Both the position numbers and the translations under genes were made by a program. A DNA stretch of 64,000 nt. Source: Candidatus Dormiibacterota bacterium. Its GTDB lineage: Bacteria > Vulcanimicrobiota > Vulcanimicrobiia > Vulcanimicrobiales > SCRA01. Shown here piece by piece: positions 52,977 through 62,234 of the stretch; within the stretch, counting starts at the first letter, position 1; the number at the start of each line of letters is the position of its first letter. Below the pieces are notes generated by a model, which saw only the letters and a program-made list of their open reading frames with translations, had not been told where the DNA came from and made no database searches. The DNA is taken from positions 123,198 through 187,197 of the forward strand of contig DATLUD010000008.1 in NCBI GenBank assembly GCA_035533275.1. Direction: 5' to 3'.

Positions 52977-54085
52977 CGGCCGAGGGGCTTAACCGTCGCC
53001 CCCCGGGCTCCTCTCGCGGCCGCGAACTGCGCCAGGAAGGCCTCGCTGCGCTCGGCGGAGACGCCGGCCGAAGCCAAGCGCCGGTGGAGCGCCTGATCGT
53101 CGGCGGGGGGAGCCGCCAGCAAGAGACCCGCGGGCGCTGCGCCGGAGGCGCGCACGCGCAGCGTTCTCAAGGCCCCGGGCACGAGCGCCGTGGTGAAGGG
53201 CGCCAGCTCGAGTCTCTCGCCGATGCCCCATGCCAGCACCACCGGCTCGCCCAGCGCCATCGCCGCGAGGGGCATCCCCTCCAGCGAGATCTCGCCTCCG
53301 CTCGCGCCCACCTCCGCGCGCTCGACCCAGAATCGCGGATCGGAGATCAGCGCCGCGCGCGCGACTCCGTCGAGCTCGTACGACAGCGGTGCCATCTGCG
53401 CGAAGCGCGCCGCGCGGAAATCCAGGACGTCGCCGGCCTTCTCCACGTGCAGCTCGCGCGGCTTGCCGTCCGCCCCCACGCGGTTCCAGTCGAAGATGCG
53501 GTACGTGAGATCGCTGGCCTGCTGCGTCTCGAAGAGCACGATGCCCCGGCCGATCGCGTGCAGCGTCCCCGCGGGCAGGTAGAACGCCTGACCGGCCTCC
53601 ACCGGCACTCGCCGCAGCAGCTCCCCCAACGAGCCGTCGGCCACGCGGCGCTCGTACTCGCTCCGGTCGGTGTCGCGCGTCCATCCCAGGAAGAGCGCCG
53701 CCCCCGGCTCGGCCTCCAGAACGTACCAGCACTCCGCCTTGCCGTTGGGCTGCCCCTCCACGCGCCGGGCGTAGTCGTCGTCGGGGTGCACCTGCACGGA
53801 GAGACTCTCCTGGGCGTCGATGATCTTGGTGAGGATCGGGAAGAGGCGCGAGGCGTCGAGCGCTCCCATCAGCGCGTTGCCGAGCAGCGCGCGCAGGTCG
53901 GCCACGCGCAGCCCCGCCATCGCGCCGTCGGCGACGCGGTTCTCGTCCCAACACTCCCATGACTCGCCGAGGCGCTCCGCAGCGGAGCCGGGCTTGCCAT
54001 AGCGCGTGACGAGCGCGCTCCCGCCCCAGATGGCCGCGGCGGTCCTGGGAACGAGCACATAGGGATACAGTCGCGGATCGTCCAT
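52973..54085 (-). CDS. manA: Class I mannose-6-phosphate isomerase (cupin)
   Basis: ORF 52973..54085. SVQVHPDD, KAECWYVL and LHAIG motifs of type I PMI. Confidence 0.8.
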   Translation of the reverse strand: MDDPRLYPYVLVPRTAAAIWGGSALVTRYGKPGSAAERLGESWECWDENRVADGAMAGLRVADLRALLGNALMGALDASRLFPILTKIIDAQESLSVQVHPDDDYARRVEGQPNGKAECWYVLEAEPGAALFLGWTRDTDRSEYERRVADGSLGELLRRVPVEAGQAFYLPAGTLHAIGRGIVLFETQQASDLTYRIFDWNRVGADGKPRELHVEKAGDVLDFRAARFAQMAPLSYELDGVARAALISDPRFWVERAEVGASGGEISLEGMPLAAMALGEPVVLAWGIGERLELAPFTTALVPGALRTLRVRASGAAPAGLLLAAPPADDQALHRRLASAGVSAERSEAFLAQFAAARGARGATVKPLGR

Positions 54086-54108
54086 CTGCCTCTCTGTACC
54101 CCGCGCGC

Positions 54109-55629
54109 TCAGAGCGTGCTCACGCGGTCGAGGATCTCGTCCTCCAGGTCCCAGACGCGGTCGAGAGAGTCCCAGTCGTCGGCGATGAAGGCAAAGCAGA
54201 CGACCCCGTGGTGGCGGGTCTGCACGTAGCCGGCCAGACTACTGGCGCCGTCCTCGTAGCCGTCCTTCGCGTGAACCAGGCCGGCGGCTTGGTCGAGGCT
54301 GCGGTAGCGCACCGTGCCGTCGAGGCCCACGCGCGGCAGCTCGCGGATAAAGGCCGCCCCGCCGCGGGCGGAGAGATCGAGCGCCAAGAGATGCGCCAGC
54401 GTCGCCGCGTCGACGCGATCCTTCGGCGAGAGTCCGCTGCCGTCGAGGATGCGCGCGCCTCGGAGCCCCAGCCCCGCCGCGCCGAAGAGGTGCTGCTCGG
54501 CCGCACGCCCCGTGTCCACCGTGCCCGGCTCCCCGGAGTCGCGTCCGATCACGCGCAGCAGCTGCTCCGCCGTGTGGTTGTTCGACTCGAAGAACATGCT
54601 GCGCACGAGCCTGCCGACGCGCTCGGAGGGGTGATCCCAGAGCACGGTGCCTCCCGTGGTCGGCTTCGCGGCCACGCGCACGGCACGCACCTCGATGCCG
54701 TCGGCGCGGAGCATCCGGGCGAAGGCGTTGCCCACGAATGCGGGCTCGTCCACGACGGTGCGCCAGAAGCTCTGCATCGGCCCGGCGGGGATTCCGCCCG
54801 AAACGGTCAGCTCGCGGCCATCGCCGGTGCGCTCGATCGAGAGCGACATCGTCGCGTTCGTGGTCGCGGCGCCGCCCACGATGCGCACCGCGTCGTTCTC
54901 CGGCTCCATCGCGATCTTCGCCGGGGCGCCCGGGGTCGTCGGCGTGACGTCGATCTGTACCACGCCCTGGTCGAGGGCAACCGCGCTCGCCCCCGCGGCG
55001 TAATCGTACTCGAGGTCGCTGGGAAGCCACGTGGGGTTCTGCTCGGGACCTCCGAAGGCCGTGGCGTCGACGACCAGGTCGCCGTCGATGCGGCGGATGC
55101 CGCGGCGCGCCAGCGCTCGGGCGGCGGCCGCGAGATCGTCGGTCGCCAGCAACGGGTCGCCGGCGCCGACCAGGCGCAGGTCGCCGTGGATCACGCCGTC
55201 CGCGCCGGGCGGCTCCGTGGCCACCAGGCGCGTGTGAAGCCGCGCGTCACGGCCCAATCCGAAGTACGCGGCGCTTCCGATCAGCAGCTTCATCGTGGAG
55301 GCCGGCACGAGCAGCGCGGAGGCGTTGCGCTGATAGAGCACCTGGCCGTCGGCGGCCATCACGACGATGCCGCTCTTGGAGGGCATGCCCTCCGCGTTCG
55401 CCAGCGGCGCGATCATGCGGCGCGCGCGCGCCGCCGCCTGCGCCGACCAGGGCGGCTGATGGGATCCCTCGACGACGTAAGGTGCGAGCTGCACGACCGC
55501 CGCGGGACGAGCCGCCGTGGGCGCCGACGCCTGCCGATGGTGGATCAGGGTGCCGACGAGATGCGCGATCCCCGCCACGACGAGGGCCGCCGCCGCGACG
55601 ACGGCAACGCAGAAGACGACGAAGGGCAC
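54109..55629 (-). CDS. dacB: D-alanyl-D-alanine carboxypeptidase/endopeptidase (PBP4, S13 family)
   Basis: ORF 54109..55629. GTG start. N-terminal membrane anchor or signal. Active-site ASTMKL. SNN-like FESNNHTAE. Confidence 0.85.
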   Translation of the reverse strand: MPFVVFCVAVVAAAALVVAGIAHLVGTLIHHRQASAPTAARPAAVVQLAPYVVEGSHQPPWSAQAAARARRMIAPLANAEGMPSKSGIVVMAADGQVLYQRNASALLVPASTMKLLIGSAAYFGLGRDARLHTRLVATEPPGADGVIHGDLRLVGAGDPLLATDDLAAAARALARRGIRRIDGDLVVDATAFGGPEQNPTWLPSDLEYDYAAGASAVALDQGVVQIDVTPTTPGAPAKIAMEPENDAVRIVGGAATTNATMSLSIERTGDGRELTVSGGIPAGPMQSFWRTVVDEPAFVGNAFARMLRADGIEVRAVRVAAKPTTGGTVLWDHPSERVGRLVRSMFFESNNHTAEQLLRVIGRDSGEPGTVDTGRAAEQHLFGAAGLGLRGARILDGSGLSPKDRVDAATLAHLLALDLSARGGAAFIRELPRVGLDGTVRYRSLDQAAGLVHAKDGYEDGASSLAGYVQTRHHGVVCFAFIADDWDSLDRVWDLEDEILDRVSTL

Positions 55630-55641
55630 GTAGCGCAGCAG

Positions 55642-55663
55642 ACGCCTCCGGCGACGGAGGCGT
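55642..55663 (-). terminator. Stem-loop between pepN and dacB
   Basis: acgcctccg / cggaggcgt, a perfect 9-bp stem with a 4-nt loop, 7 nt after the pepN stop. Confidence 0.45.
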
Positions 55664-55669
55664 GCGGCG

Positions 55670-58225
55670 TCAGCGGCGCGCCAGCTCTTCGATTCGCTCG
55701 CGAAGTCTACGGTTCTCCTCCTTCACCTGATCGAGGTCCTCGCGCAGGCGCACGAGCTCCGCCGGCGTCTGCGACGCCTCACGAATCTTGATCGCCGCCT
55801 CCGCGGCGGGACGCTTGACGCGTGGGTCGTCGCCGGCCTGCAAGCGCGCGAGCACGGGTAGGGCGCGCGCGTCGCCCACGCTCTCCAACGCAGCGATGCA
55901 CGCGAGCTGGACCAGAAACTGCCGGTCGTCGTCGGCCAAGGGCATCAGCGCGTCGAGGATTCTCGTGCGCTGCCGCTCCAGCAGCGCGGCCGCGCGCGCC
56001 GCCGCGCGCATGGCGGCGCGCCGCAGGGGCTCGGGCTTGCCGTAGGCCGTGCACTCGAGGATCTGCGTGACGGCACGCTCGTCGGCCGTCTCCGCCAAGC
56101 CCCGCACGGCCCCGCAGGCGACCGTCTCTGCCCAGGAGGCGTAGGCGGTCTGCCGCACCAGCAGCTCGAAGCCGCGGCCATCGCGGGTCTTGCCGAGCGC
56201 CTCCAGCGCCGCCGCCATCACGAAGTACGAGGGATCCTCGGTTGCCAGCGGCGCAAGCGCATCGGCGGCGCGCGCCTCGCGCCAGCTGCCCAGGGCCGCG
56301 GCGACCGCGCGTCGCGCCTTGGGGTGCGCGAGCGAGACGGCCGCGATGAGCGACTCCAGCGCCGACGGGCTGCGCGACTCGCCAAGGGCGGCGGCGATCT
56401 CCGCCTGAACGCCCCAAAACGGATCCCCCAGGAGAGCGGAGCGCAGCGCCTCGCGCGCATCGCGCGTCGACTCCTTGGCAAGACGCTTGGCGGCGCGGAT
56501 GCGCGAGGCCGGATCCGGGTCGCCGAGCAGGATCGCGATCAGCATCTCCGGCGGCGCCTCCAGCTCCACCGTCTTGAGCACGAAGTTGCCCGGGTCCAAG
56601 CGCAGCAGCGCCGGCTCGGCGGTCACCGGGATCACGAAGAGGTGCTCCGCCTCGTCGACGTGCAAACGCAGGCGCTGCTCGCCCGGGAGCGGCGCGGTCC
56701 CGTGGTCGCGCGCGGGGGCGGACGGCCGCTCGGCGATCACCCCGACCTCGAGTGTGAAGCGGTACGGAGGCTGGTCGTCGGAGATCTTCTGCTTCTGCTT
56801 CACGCGCAGCTTCGCGAGCTTTTGGGCGTCGTCGTACGCGTAGGAGAGCGTCAGCTCGGGGTGGCCGCCGCGCTCGATCCACTGGTCGGTGAACCAGCGG
56901 ATGTTGCGCCCGGTCGCGCGCTCGACGGCCCGCACCAGATCGATCGTCTCGACGCTCTGCCAGCCGTTGTCGGCGACGTAGCGGTTGATCGAGCGCCAGA
57001 AGAGCTCCTCGCCCAGCTCGCCCCGCAGCATGTGCAGGACCGTCCCGCCCTTCTCGTAGAGGTGCCGGTCGAAGAGGTCGATCGGCTCACGGTAGAGGTT
57101 GCAGACGATGGGGCGGCGATAGCGCTCGTCATCCTCGTGGAGATACGTCGAGACCATGCCGTAGACGTCGTGGACGTATTCGTCCCAGCCCAGGTCCGCT
57201 TCGCGGAAGACGGCCTCGAAGAACGTGGCGAAGCTCTCGTTGAGCCACGCCTGCGACCAATCCCGGCAGGTCAGCAAATCGCCGAACCATTGATGGGCAA
57301 GCTCGTGCGCGACCAGCGGGTCGCTCGAGAAATCGAGATGCGCGCGCTCGTCGTGCAGCGTGCGATCCGTCTGCGTCGTGGCCGAGCTGTTCTCCATCCC
57401 CCCGAACGTGAAGTCGTGGACGGCGATCTGACCGTAGCGCGCGAACGGATACGGCACGCCGATGCGCCGCTCGAAGACTTCCATCATCTTCGGCGTCTTG
57501 CCGAAGGAACGCTCGCCGTCAGCCTCGCGCCGCGGCTCGACGTACCACGAGACGGGCACCTCACCGTGGCGGTCGTGATGCTCCACGAACTCGCCCGCCA
57601 CCATCGAGGTGAGGTAGGCGCTCAGCGGCTGGTCGAGCTCGTAGCGGAAGAGGGTGTGGTCTCCCTCGTCGGTGCGCGAGATCAGGCGGCCGTTGGAGTA
57701 TGCGAAGAGGCCCTTGGGCACCACGATCGAGGTCGAGAACGTGAAGCGCTCCGAGGGATGGTCCACGCATGGGAACCAGTGGCGCGCATCCTGGTCCTGC
57801 GACTGCGTCCACGCCTGCAGCGGCTTCTCGGGATAGGCCGTCTCGGGCTGGATGAAGTAGAGGCCGCGGCGCGGACGCAGGGCCGCGTAGACGATCGAGA
57901 ACTCGTAGCGCTCGCCGGCCCGCAGCGCGCGCGCGAAACGCACGCGCAAGCGGTGCTCGCGCATGGAGAAGGTCAGCGTCGTTCCATCGGCGTCGCGGAT
58001 CTCCGCGACCTCGAGATCCACGGCGTCGAGCACCAGCGCATCGGCCCCGTCGACGATGGCCTCGACCCGCGTCGTGCAGACGCCGTCGAGCCGCCGGGCC
58101 GCGAGGTCCGGCCGCAGGTGCAGGTCGACGTGCAGCACGTCGGCGTGCCGGTCGGGGCCATACTGCGGGCGGGTTCCGGGAAGCGCGAAGGGACGGTGAT
58201 CCAACCGTTGCTCGTCACGATGCAT
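55670..58225 (-). CDS. pepN: M1 family aminopeptidase N with C-terminal HEAT-repeat region
   Basis: Inner ATG (MHRDEQRLDH) of ORF 55670..58525. GGMENSS exopeptidase motif. HELAHQWFGDL...WLNESFA zinc motif. Confidence 0.88.
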   Translation of the reverse strand: MHRDEQRLDHRPFALPGTRPQYGPDRHADVLHVDLHLRPDLAARRLDGVCTTRVEAIVDGADALVLDAVDLEVAEIRDADGTTLTFSMREHRLRVRFARALRAGERYEFSIVYAALRPRRGLYFIQPETAYPEKPLQAWTQSQDQDARHWFPCVDHPSERFTFSTSIVVPKGLFAYSNGRLISRTDEGDHTLFRYELDQPLSAYLTSMVAGEFVEHHDRHGEVPVSWYVEPRREADGERSFGKTPKMMEVFERRIGVPYPFARYGQIAVHDFTFGGMENSSATTQTDRTLHDERAHLDFSSDPLVAHELAHQWFGDLLTCRDWSQAWLNESFATFFEAVFREADLGWDEYVHDVYGMVSTYLHEDDERYRRPIVCNLYREPIDLFDRHLYEKGGTVLHMLRGELGEELFWRSINRYVADNGWQSVETIDLVRAVERATGRNIRWFTDQWIERGGHPELTLSYAYDDAQKLAKLRVKQKQKISDDQPPYRFTLEVGVIAERPSAPARDHGTAPLPGEQRLRLHVDEAEHLFVIPVTAEPALLRLDPGNFVLKTVELEAPPEMLIAILLGDPDPASRIRAAKRLAKESTRDAREALRSALLGDPFWGVQAEIAAALGESRSPSALESLIAAVSLAHPKARRAVAAALGSWREARAADALAPLATEDPSYFVMAAALEALGKTRDGRGFELLVRQTAYASWAETVACGAVRGLAETADERAVTQILECTAYGKPEPLRRAAMRAAARAAALLERQRTRILDALMPLADDDRQFLVQLACIAALESVGDARALPVLARLQAGDDPRVKRPAAEAAIKIREASQTPAELVRLREDLDQVKEENRRLRERIEELARR

Positions 58226-58284
58226 ACCCGCCCGTCGTTCGCGGGGCTGAGCGCCCCTCCTTTCGCGACGCACGGGTGGCGCCG

Positions 58285-58668
58285 CTACCGAGGCTCGAGC
58301 AGCTCGACGGGAATGCCGTTGGGATCTTCGACGAACGCGATCCAGCGCGTGCCGCCCGGCGATTTCTTCGGGCCGCTCAGGATCTTCACGCCTTCGGCCC
58401 GCAGCCGCTCGCACAATGCGGGGAGGTCGCCGTCGACTTCGAGCGCCAGATGCTCGTAACGATTGCCGAGCTGGTATGGCGGATGCTCCTCCAGATCGTA
58501 GACGAGCTCGATGTACGCGCTCCAATCGCTTCCCACGAACGCCATGTCGGCGTTCCCCGGGTAGTGGATCGGCCCGTCGAGGAGCTTCAGGCCCAGCTTC
58601 TTGGTGTAGAACTCGATCGTCTGCGCCATGTCGTTGACGAAGATCGAGGTGTGCAGGTAACGCGGCAT
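58285..58668 (-). CDS. VOC family protein / glyoxalase I (lactoylglutathione lyase-like)
   Basis: ORF 58285..58668. HTSIFVNDMAQTIEFYTKKLGLK, YEHLALEV and VEDPNGIPVEL are typical glyoxalase-fold motifs. Confidence 0.85.
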   Translation of the reverse strand: MPRYLHTSIFVNDMAQTIEFYTKKLGLKLLDGPIHYPGNADMAFVGSDWSAYIELVYDLEEHPPYQLGNRYEHLALEVDGDLPALCERLRAEGVKILSGPKKSPGGTRWIAFVEDPNGIPVELLEPR

Positions 58669-58693
58669 GAGGATGCGTTCGCCGTCGGCGCCG

Positions 58694-60187
58694 CTACTCT
58701 TCCCAGAGCAGGATGCGCAAGCCGTTGGGCCGCATCCCGCGGCAGAGCGTCAGGTAGTACGTGCGGGCCGGTATCCCCTCGTAGCGATAGGTCCGCGTTC
58801 CGTCCGGCACCACCTCGTCGCACGCGCGGCCGAGCTGGCGCACGAAATCGGGGCGGGTCGCCAGAGGCTCCTTGTCGACGAAGATCGCCGTCGCCGGGTC
58901 GGCGTCGTGATTGAACCACGTCCGCGCCTGACGCCCCTGCCGATCGTAGCCGATGACCACGGGGGGCACGCCGCCGTAGAAGTCCAGCAGGCTCGAGAGT
59001 CCATAGCCGTCGGTCATCACCATGGCGTGGCGGCGGCGCGCCTCGGCCGCCACGTCGCGCCCGAGTTTGGGATACGTGAAGATCTCGAAGGGCCCGTTGT
59101 TGGTCAGGTCATGGCCGAAGGCGCGGATGGCCGGCGCCACCGTGTGCGACGGGGCGGCGGCCACGGCCAGCAACGGCGCGGAGAGCACGACCGAGGGCAC
59201 CACCACCCACGCCCACGTCGCGCGCCGCCATGGCAGCTTCACCGCCAGCGCCGCCCCCACGCCCACCAGCGTGACGAAGGGGCCGTAGAGCCAGTAGATC
59301 TCGACGCGCTCGACGACGCCGAGGGCCACGATCACCGCCGTCATCGGCAGCGCGCTCCAGAGCGCCAGACGTCCCCACGACGTGCGGGCCCGCGCCGCTT
59401 GAATCGCCCCCCAGACCGAGGCTGCCGCGGAGCCCGGTCCCAGCACCAGCGCTGAGAGCGCCAAGAAGGTCGCCACGCGCGCGAGGCTTATCCCCTCGTC
59501 CACGTGACGCCCCACGAGCGCAAAGGCGAAGGTCTCCCAACGATGCTGAGCGTTCCACCAGAGCAAGGGGAGCACCCCGATTGCGAAGACCAACGGGGCG
59601 AGCGGCCACCCCCGCGCCAGTCGCCCCTCGACGCGCCGCGTGCGCCACGCCGCCACCGTCGCCGCGAAGGGCAACGCAAAGGCGAGGAGGCGACTCTCGA
59701 CGCCCCCGGCGGCTGCCAGGCCCAGCGCCGCCCACCACCAGCCGCCGCGGTCCAGGGCGCGCTTGCCCGCCGCCAGGGTCGCGCACCAGAAGAGCAGGTA
59801 CGGCGCATCCGGCGAGGCCACGCTGACGCCGACGGTGAGGAGCGGCGCCAGATTGAGCAGGAGCGCCGCCGCGGCGCCGGCGCGGCGGTCGTGGGCGATC
59901 TGGGCCGCGAAGTCCGCCAGAAAGAGGGTGGCACCGAGGCCGCAGACCAGAAAGCCCAAACGCACGAGCGCGGCGCTCCGCACGCCGTGATCGAACAGGG
60001 CGATGACCAAGGCCACGCCCGCCGGATGATCGTAGTACGCGGCCGCGGGGCGCAGGCTCCACTCCCAGTAGTACGCCTCATCCCCCGTCAGCGGCGTCGA
60101 GAACGACGCCACGGCGCGCGCTGCGAAGACGACCGCCACGGCGGCCCAAGCCGCCAGCTCCCACCGCGCGGGCCGGCGCACGCTCAC
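58694..60187 (-). CDS. Family 39 glycosyltransferase (ArnT/PMT-like, polytopic membrane protein)
   Basis: Same frame as ORF 58694..60436. GTG at 60187 overlaps the SDR stop (GTGA). GDEAYYWEW motif typical of GT39/GT83, followed by multiple TM helices. Confidence 0.75.
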   Translation of the reverse strand: MSVRRPARWELAAWAAVAVVFAARAVASFSTPLTGDEAYYWEWSLRPAAAYYDHPAGVALVIALFDHGVRSAALVRLGFLVCGLGATLFLADFAAQIAHDRRAGAAAALLLNLAPLLTVGVSVASPDAPYLLFWCATLAAGKRALDRGGWWWAALGLAAAGGVESRLLAFALPFAATVAAWRTRRVEGRLARGWPLAPLVFAIGVLPLLWWNAQHRWETFAFALVGRHVDEGISLARVATFLALSALVLGPGSAAASVWGAIQAARARTSWGRLALWSALPMTAVIVALGVVERVEIYWLYGPFVTLVGVGAALAVKLPWRRATWAWVVVPSVVLSAPLLAVAAAPSHTVAPAIRAFGHDLTNNGPFEIFTYPKLGRDVAAEARRRHAMVMTDGYGLSSLLDFYGGVPPVVIGYDRQGRQARTWFNHDADPATAIFVDKEPLATRPDFVRQLGRACDEVVPDGTRTYRYEGIPARTYYLTLCRGMRPNGLRILLWEE

Positions 60188-60942
60188 CCTTCGTAGGCTT
60201 CCTGGAGGCCGCCGCTCACCGCCACCGACTGCGCGGTGATGTAGCCCGCCTCGTCCGCAACCAGGGTGCGCACGGCGTACGCCACGTCTTCCCACGATCC
60301 GGCGTGCCGGGTGGGATTCTTGGGCTTGGGAACGCGGCGCGCGGCCTCGCGATCCAGGTCCTTGCCCTCGCGAATGTCGCCGGGCTCGACCACGTTGCAG
60401 GTGACGCCGTACTGGGCCGCCTCGATCGCCACGCACTTGGCCAGCTCCACGACGGCCGCCTTCGCCGCCGCGTAGACGGACATGTCACGCGCCGCCAGCG
60501 TGTGGCTGCTGCCGTTCATGCCGAAGCAGACGATGCGTCCGAAGCGCCGCTCGATCATTCCGGGGAGCGCCGCGTGCGTGCACGCGAACGTGGAGGTCAG
60601 ATTGCCGTCGACCATCGCGCGCAGATCGTCGAGCGTGGTCCGCGCGAAGGGCTTGACCACGATGTCGCCGGCCGCGTTGACCAAGACGTCGATGCGGCCG
60701 TAGCGCGACTCCACGGCGCGAACCAGCCGCGTGGCTTGCTCGGGATCGGAGACGTCGGCTTGGAAGAGGCCGTGATCGGCGTGTCCGGCGGCAAGGACTC
60801 GCGCCAGCGTCTCCTGCGCCGCTGCCTCGCTCGCACGGTAGTTGACCGCGACCACATAGCCGTGGGCCGCGAGATCGACGCAGATGCCGCGCGCCAAGCC
60901 CGAGGCCGCACCGGTGACGAGGGCGATGCGCGGCTGAGTCAT
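60184..60942 (-). CDS. Short-chain dehydrogenase/reductase (classical SDR)
   Basis: Inner ATG (MTQPRIALVTGAASGLARG) of ORF 60184..61062. TGxxxGxG, NAAG and YAAAK catalytic motifs. GAGGGG SD. Confidence 0.88.
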   Translation of the reverse strand: MTQPRIALVTGAASGLARGICVDLAAHGYVVAVNYRASEAAAQETLARVLAAGHADHGLFQADVSDPEQATRLVRAVESRYGRIDVLVNAAGDIVVKPFARTTLDDLRAMVDGNLTSTFACTHAALPGMIERRFGRIVCFGMNGSSHTLAARDMSVYAAAKAAVVELAKCVAIEAAQYGVTCNVVEPGDIREGKDLDREAARRVPKPKNPTRHAGSWEDVAYAVRTLVADEAGYITAQSVAVSGGLQEAYEG

Positions 60943-60968
60943 CGCGCCCCTCGTTCGCAGGGGGCGCG
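60943..60968 (-). promoter_or_regulatory. RBS-sequestering hairpin immediately 5' of the SDR start codon
   Basis: cgcgcccc (60943-60950) pairs perfectly with ggggcgcg (60961-60968). In the mRNA the 3' arm GGGGCGCG contains the SD and abuts the AUG. Confidence 0.45.
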
Positions 60969-60997
60969 CCTCCATCCCTTCGTGCCTAGGAGGCAGG

Positions 60998-61039
60998 TTC
61001 AGACCTCCTCCATGCGGCTTCAGACCTCCGCCATGCGGT
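60998..61039 (-). repeat. Tandem 21-nt direct repeat (2 copies) in the SDR-GT39 leader
   Basis: ttcagacctccTccatgcggC followed by ttcagacctccGccatgcggT, 19/21 identical. On the mRNA strand each unit reads CCGCATGG(C/A)GGAGGTCTGAA, i.e. SD-like GGAGG plus a 4-codon mini-ORF. Confidence 0.8.
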
Positions 61040-61288
61040 AATAACGCGCCGGGCGGCGCCACAGCCCGCCAACGTGACCGACGTTTGTCGCATGAAACGC
61101 CCCGCGTTTTAACCGAATGGCGAGGCGACGGCCCGCGGCTCTGTCACGTTGGTCCATTTTCTCAACCAAGCCGCCGCCGTATCATGGGGGTAGAACAGAA
61201 CAGGGTGGGGGTGAACACCGATGGAAGGACGACCCGAGGAGATGCGGCCGTTGCATGAGGCGCCGCTGGACGAAGACTATGGTGAGTA

Positions 61289-61312
61289 AGAGGGGGCCGC
61301 GCGGCCCCCTCT
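61289..61312 (-). terminator. Perfect GC-rich palindrome downstream of pstA (possibly a bidirectional terminator)
   Basis: agagggggcc-gcgc-ggccccctct, a 10-bp stem with a 4-nt loop, 35 nt after the pstA stop at 61347. Confidence 0.55.
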
Positions 61313-61346
61313 CCCTTATCCCGGCCCGTTCCGAAGCCCCGTCCCC

Positions 61347-62234
61347 TCAGCCGCGCAGCCGCTGGGCGGCCACGTCCACGACGGTTCGGGCGACGACGTT
61401 CGTCAGGAAGATGACCGCCATGAGGATGACGGCGGCCGCGTACGCCAGCGCGTGCGACTGTGCGAAGGGCTGGTTGATGAACGTCCAGACCACGTAGGTC
61501 AGATAGCCGACCGGCGAGTGGAACGGCGCCGCCGACGGCATGTAGTTCGACCACCCCGCCGTGTAGATCAGGGGAGCCGTCTCGCCGAGCGCTATGCTGA
61601 CCGCCAGCAGAACCGACGTGAGGATTCCCGGCATCGCGCTGGGGAGGCAGACCATGAACATCGAGCGGCTCGTGCTCGAGCCCAGCGCGAGAGCCCCCTC
61701 GCGGAGTTCCTGCGGGACCGCGCTCAAGGCCAGGTCGGTGCCGCGCACCACATAGGGGAGCATGATGATCGCCAGCGCGATCGCTCCGGCCGCCAGCGAG
61801 AAGCCCCAGCCGAGGTACCCCAGGAGCACCACGTAACCGAAATAGCCCACCACGATCGAGGGCACGCCGGAGAGCACGTCGGTGAGGAACCGCGTGACCT
61901 CCACCATGCGGGGACCGGCGAAGGCCGTGAGCCAGATGCCGGAGCCGACGCCCACGATCATCACGAGGACGAGGCCGCCCAACACCAGCATGAACGTGCC
62001 CACGATGGCGTTGGCGAGTCCCCCGGAGATCCCGTTGGTGACGGTCACGAAGATCTCGGGGCGCAGCGCCGGCACGCCGCGCACCAGGACGAACCAGAAG
62101 AGCGCGAAGAGCATGGCGATCGACGCCGCCAGCGCCAGGGCCGAGCCCAGCCACCACGCCGATCCGATCGCGGAGCGCGCGGCGACGTTGCTGCGCATGG
62201 CCCGAAAGCGGCGCTCGTCGATGAGCGTCTTCAT
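61347..62234 (-). CDS. pstA: Phosphate ABC transporter permease PstA
   Basis: Inner ATG (MKTLIDERRF) of ORF 61347..62780 with GGAGAGG upstream. ATGA overlap with pstC. EAA-loop region REGALALGSS. Confidence 0.9.
   Translation of the reverse strand: MKTLIDERRFRAMRSNVAARSAIGSAWWLGSALALAASIAMLFALFWFVLVRGVPALRPEIFVTVTNGISGGLANAIVGTFMLVLGGLVLVMIVGVGSGIWLTAFAGPRMVEVTRFLTDVLSGVPSIVVGYFGYVVLLGYLGWGFSLAAGAIALAIIMLPYVVRGTDLALSAVPQELREGALALGSSTSRSMFMVCLPSAMPGILTSVLLAVSIALGETAPLIYTAGWSNYMPSAAPFHSPVGYLTYVVWTFINQPFAQSHALAYAAAVILMAVIFLTNVVARTVVDVAAQRLRG

Noticed and set aside
60998-61039. CRISPR array or minisatellite
   Set aside because: There are only two directly abutting 21-nt units with no spacers, and no cas genes in the window. 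It is reported instead as a leader tandem repeat.
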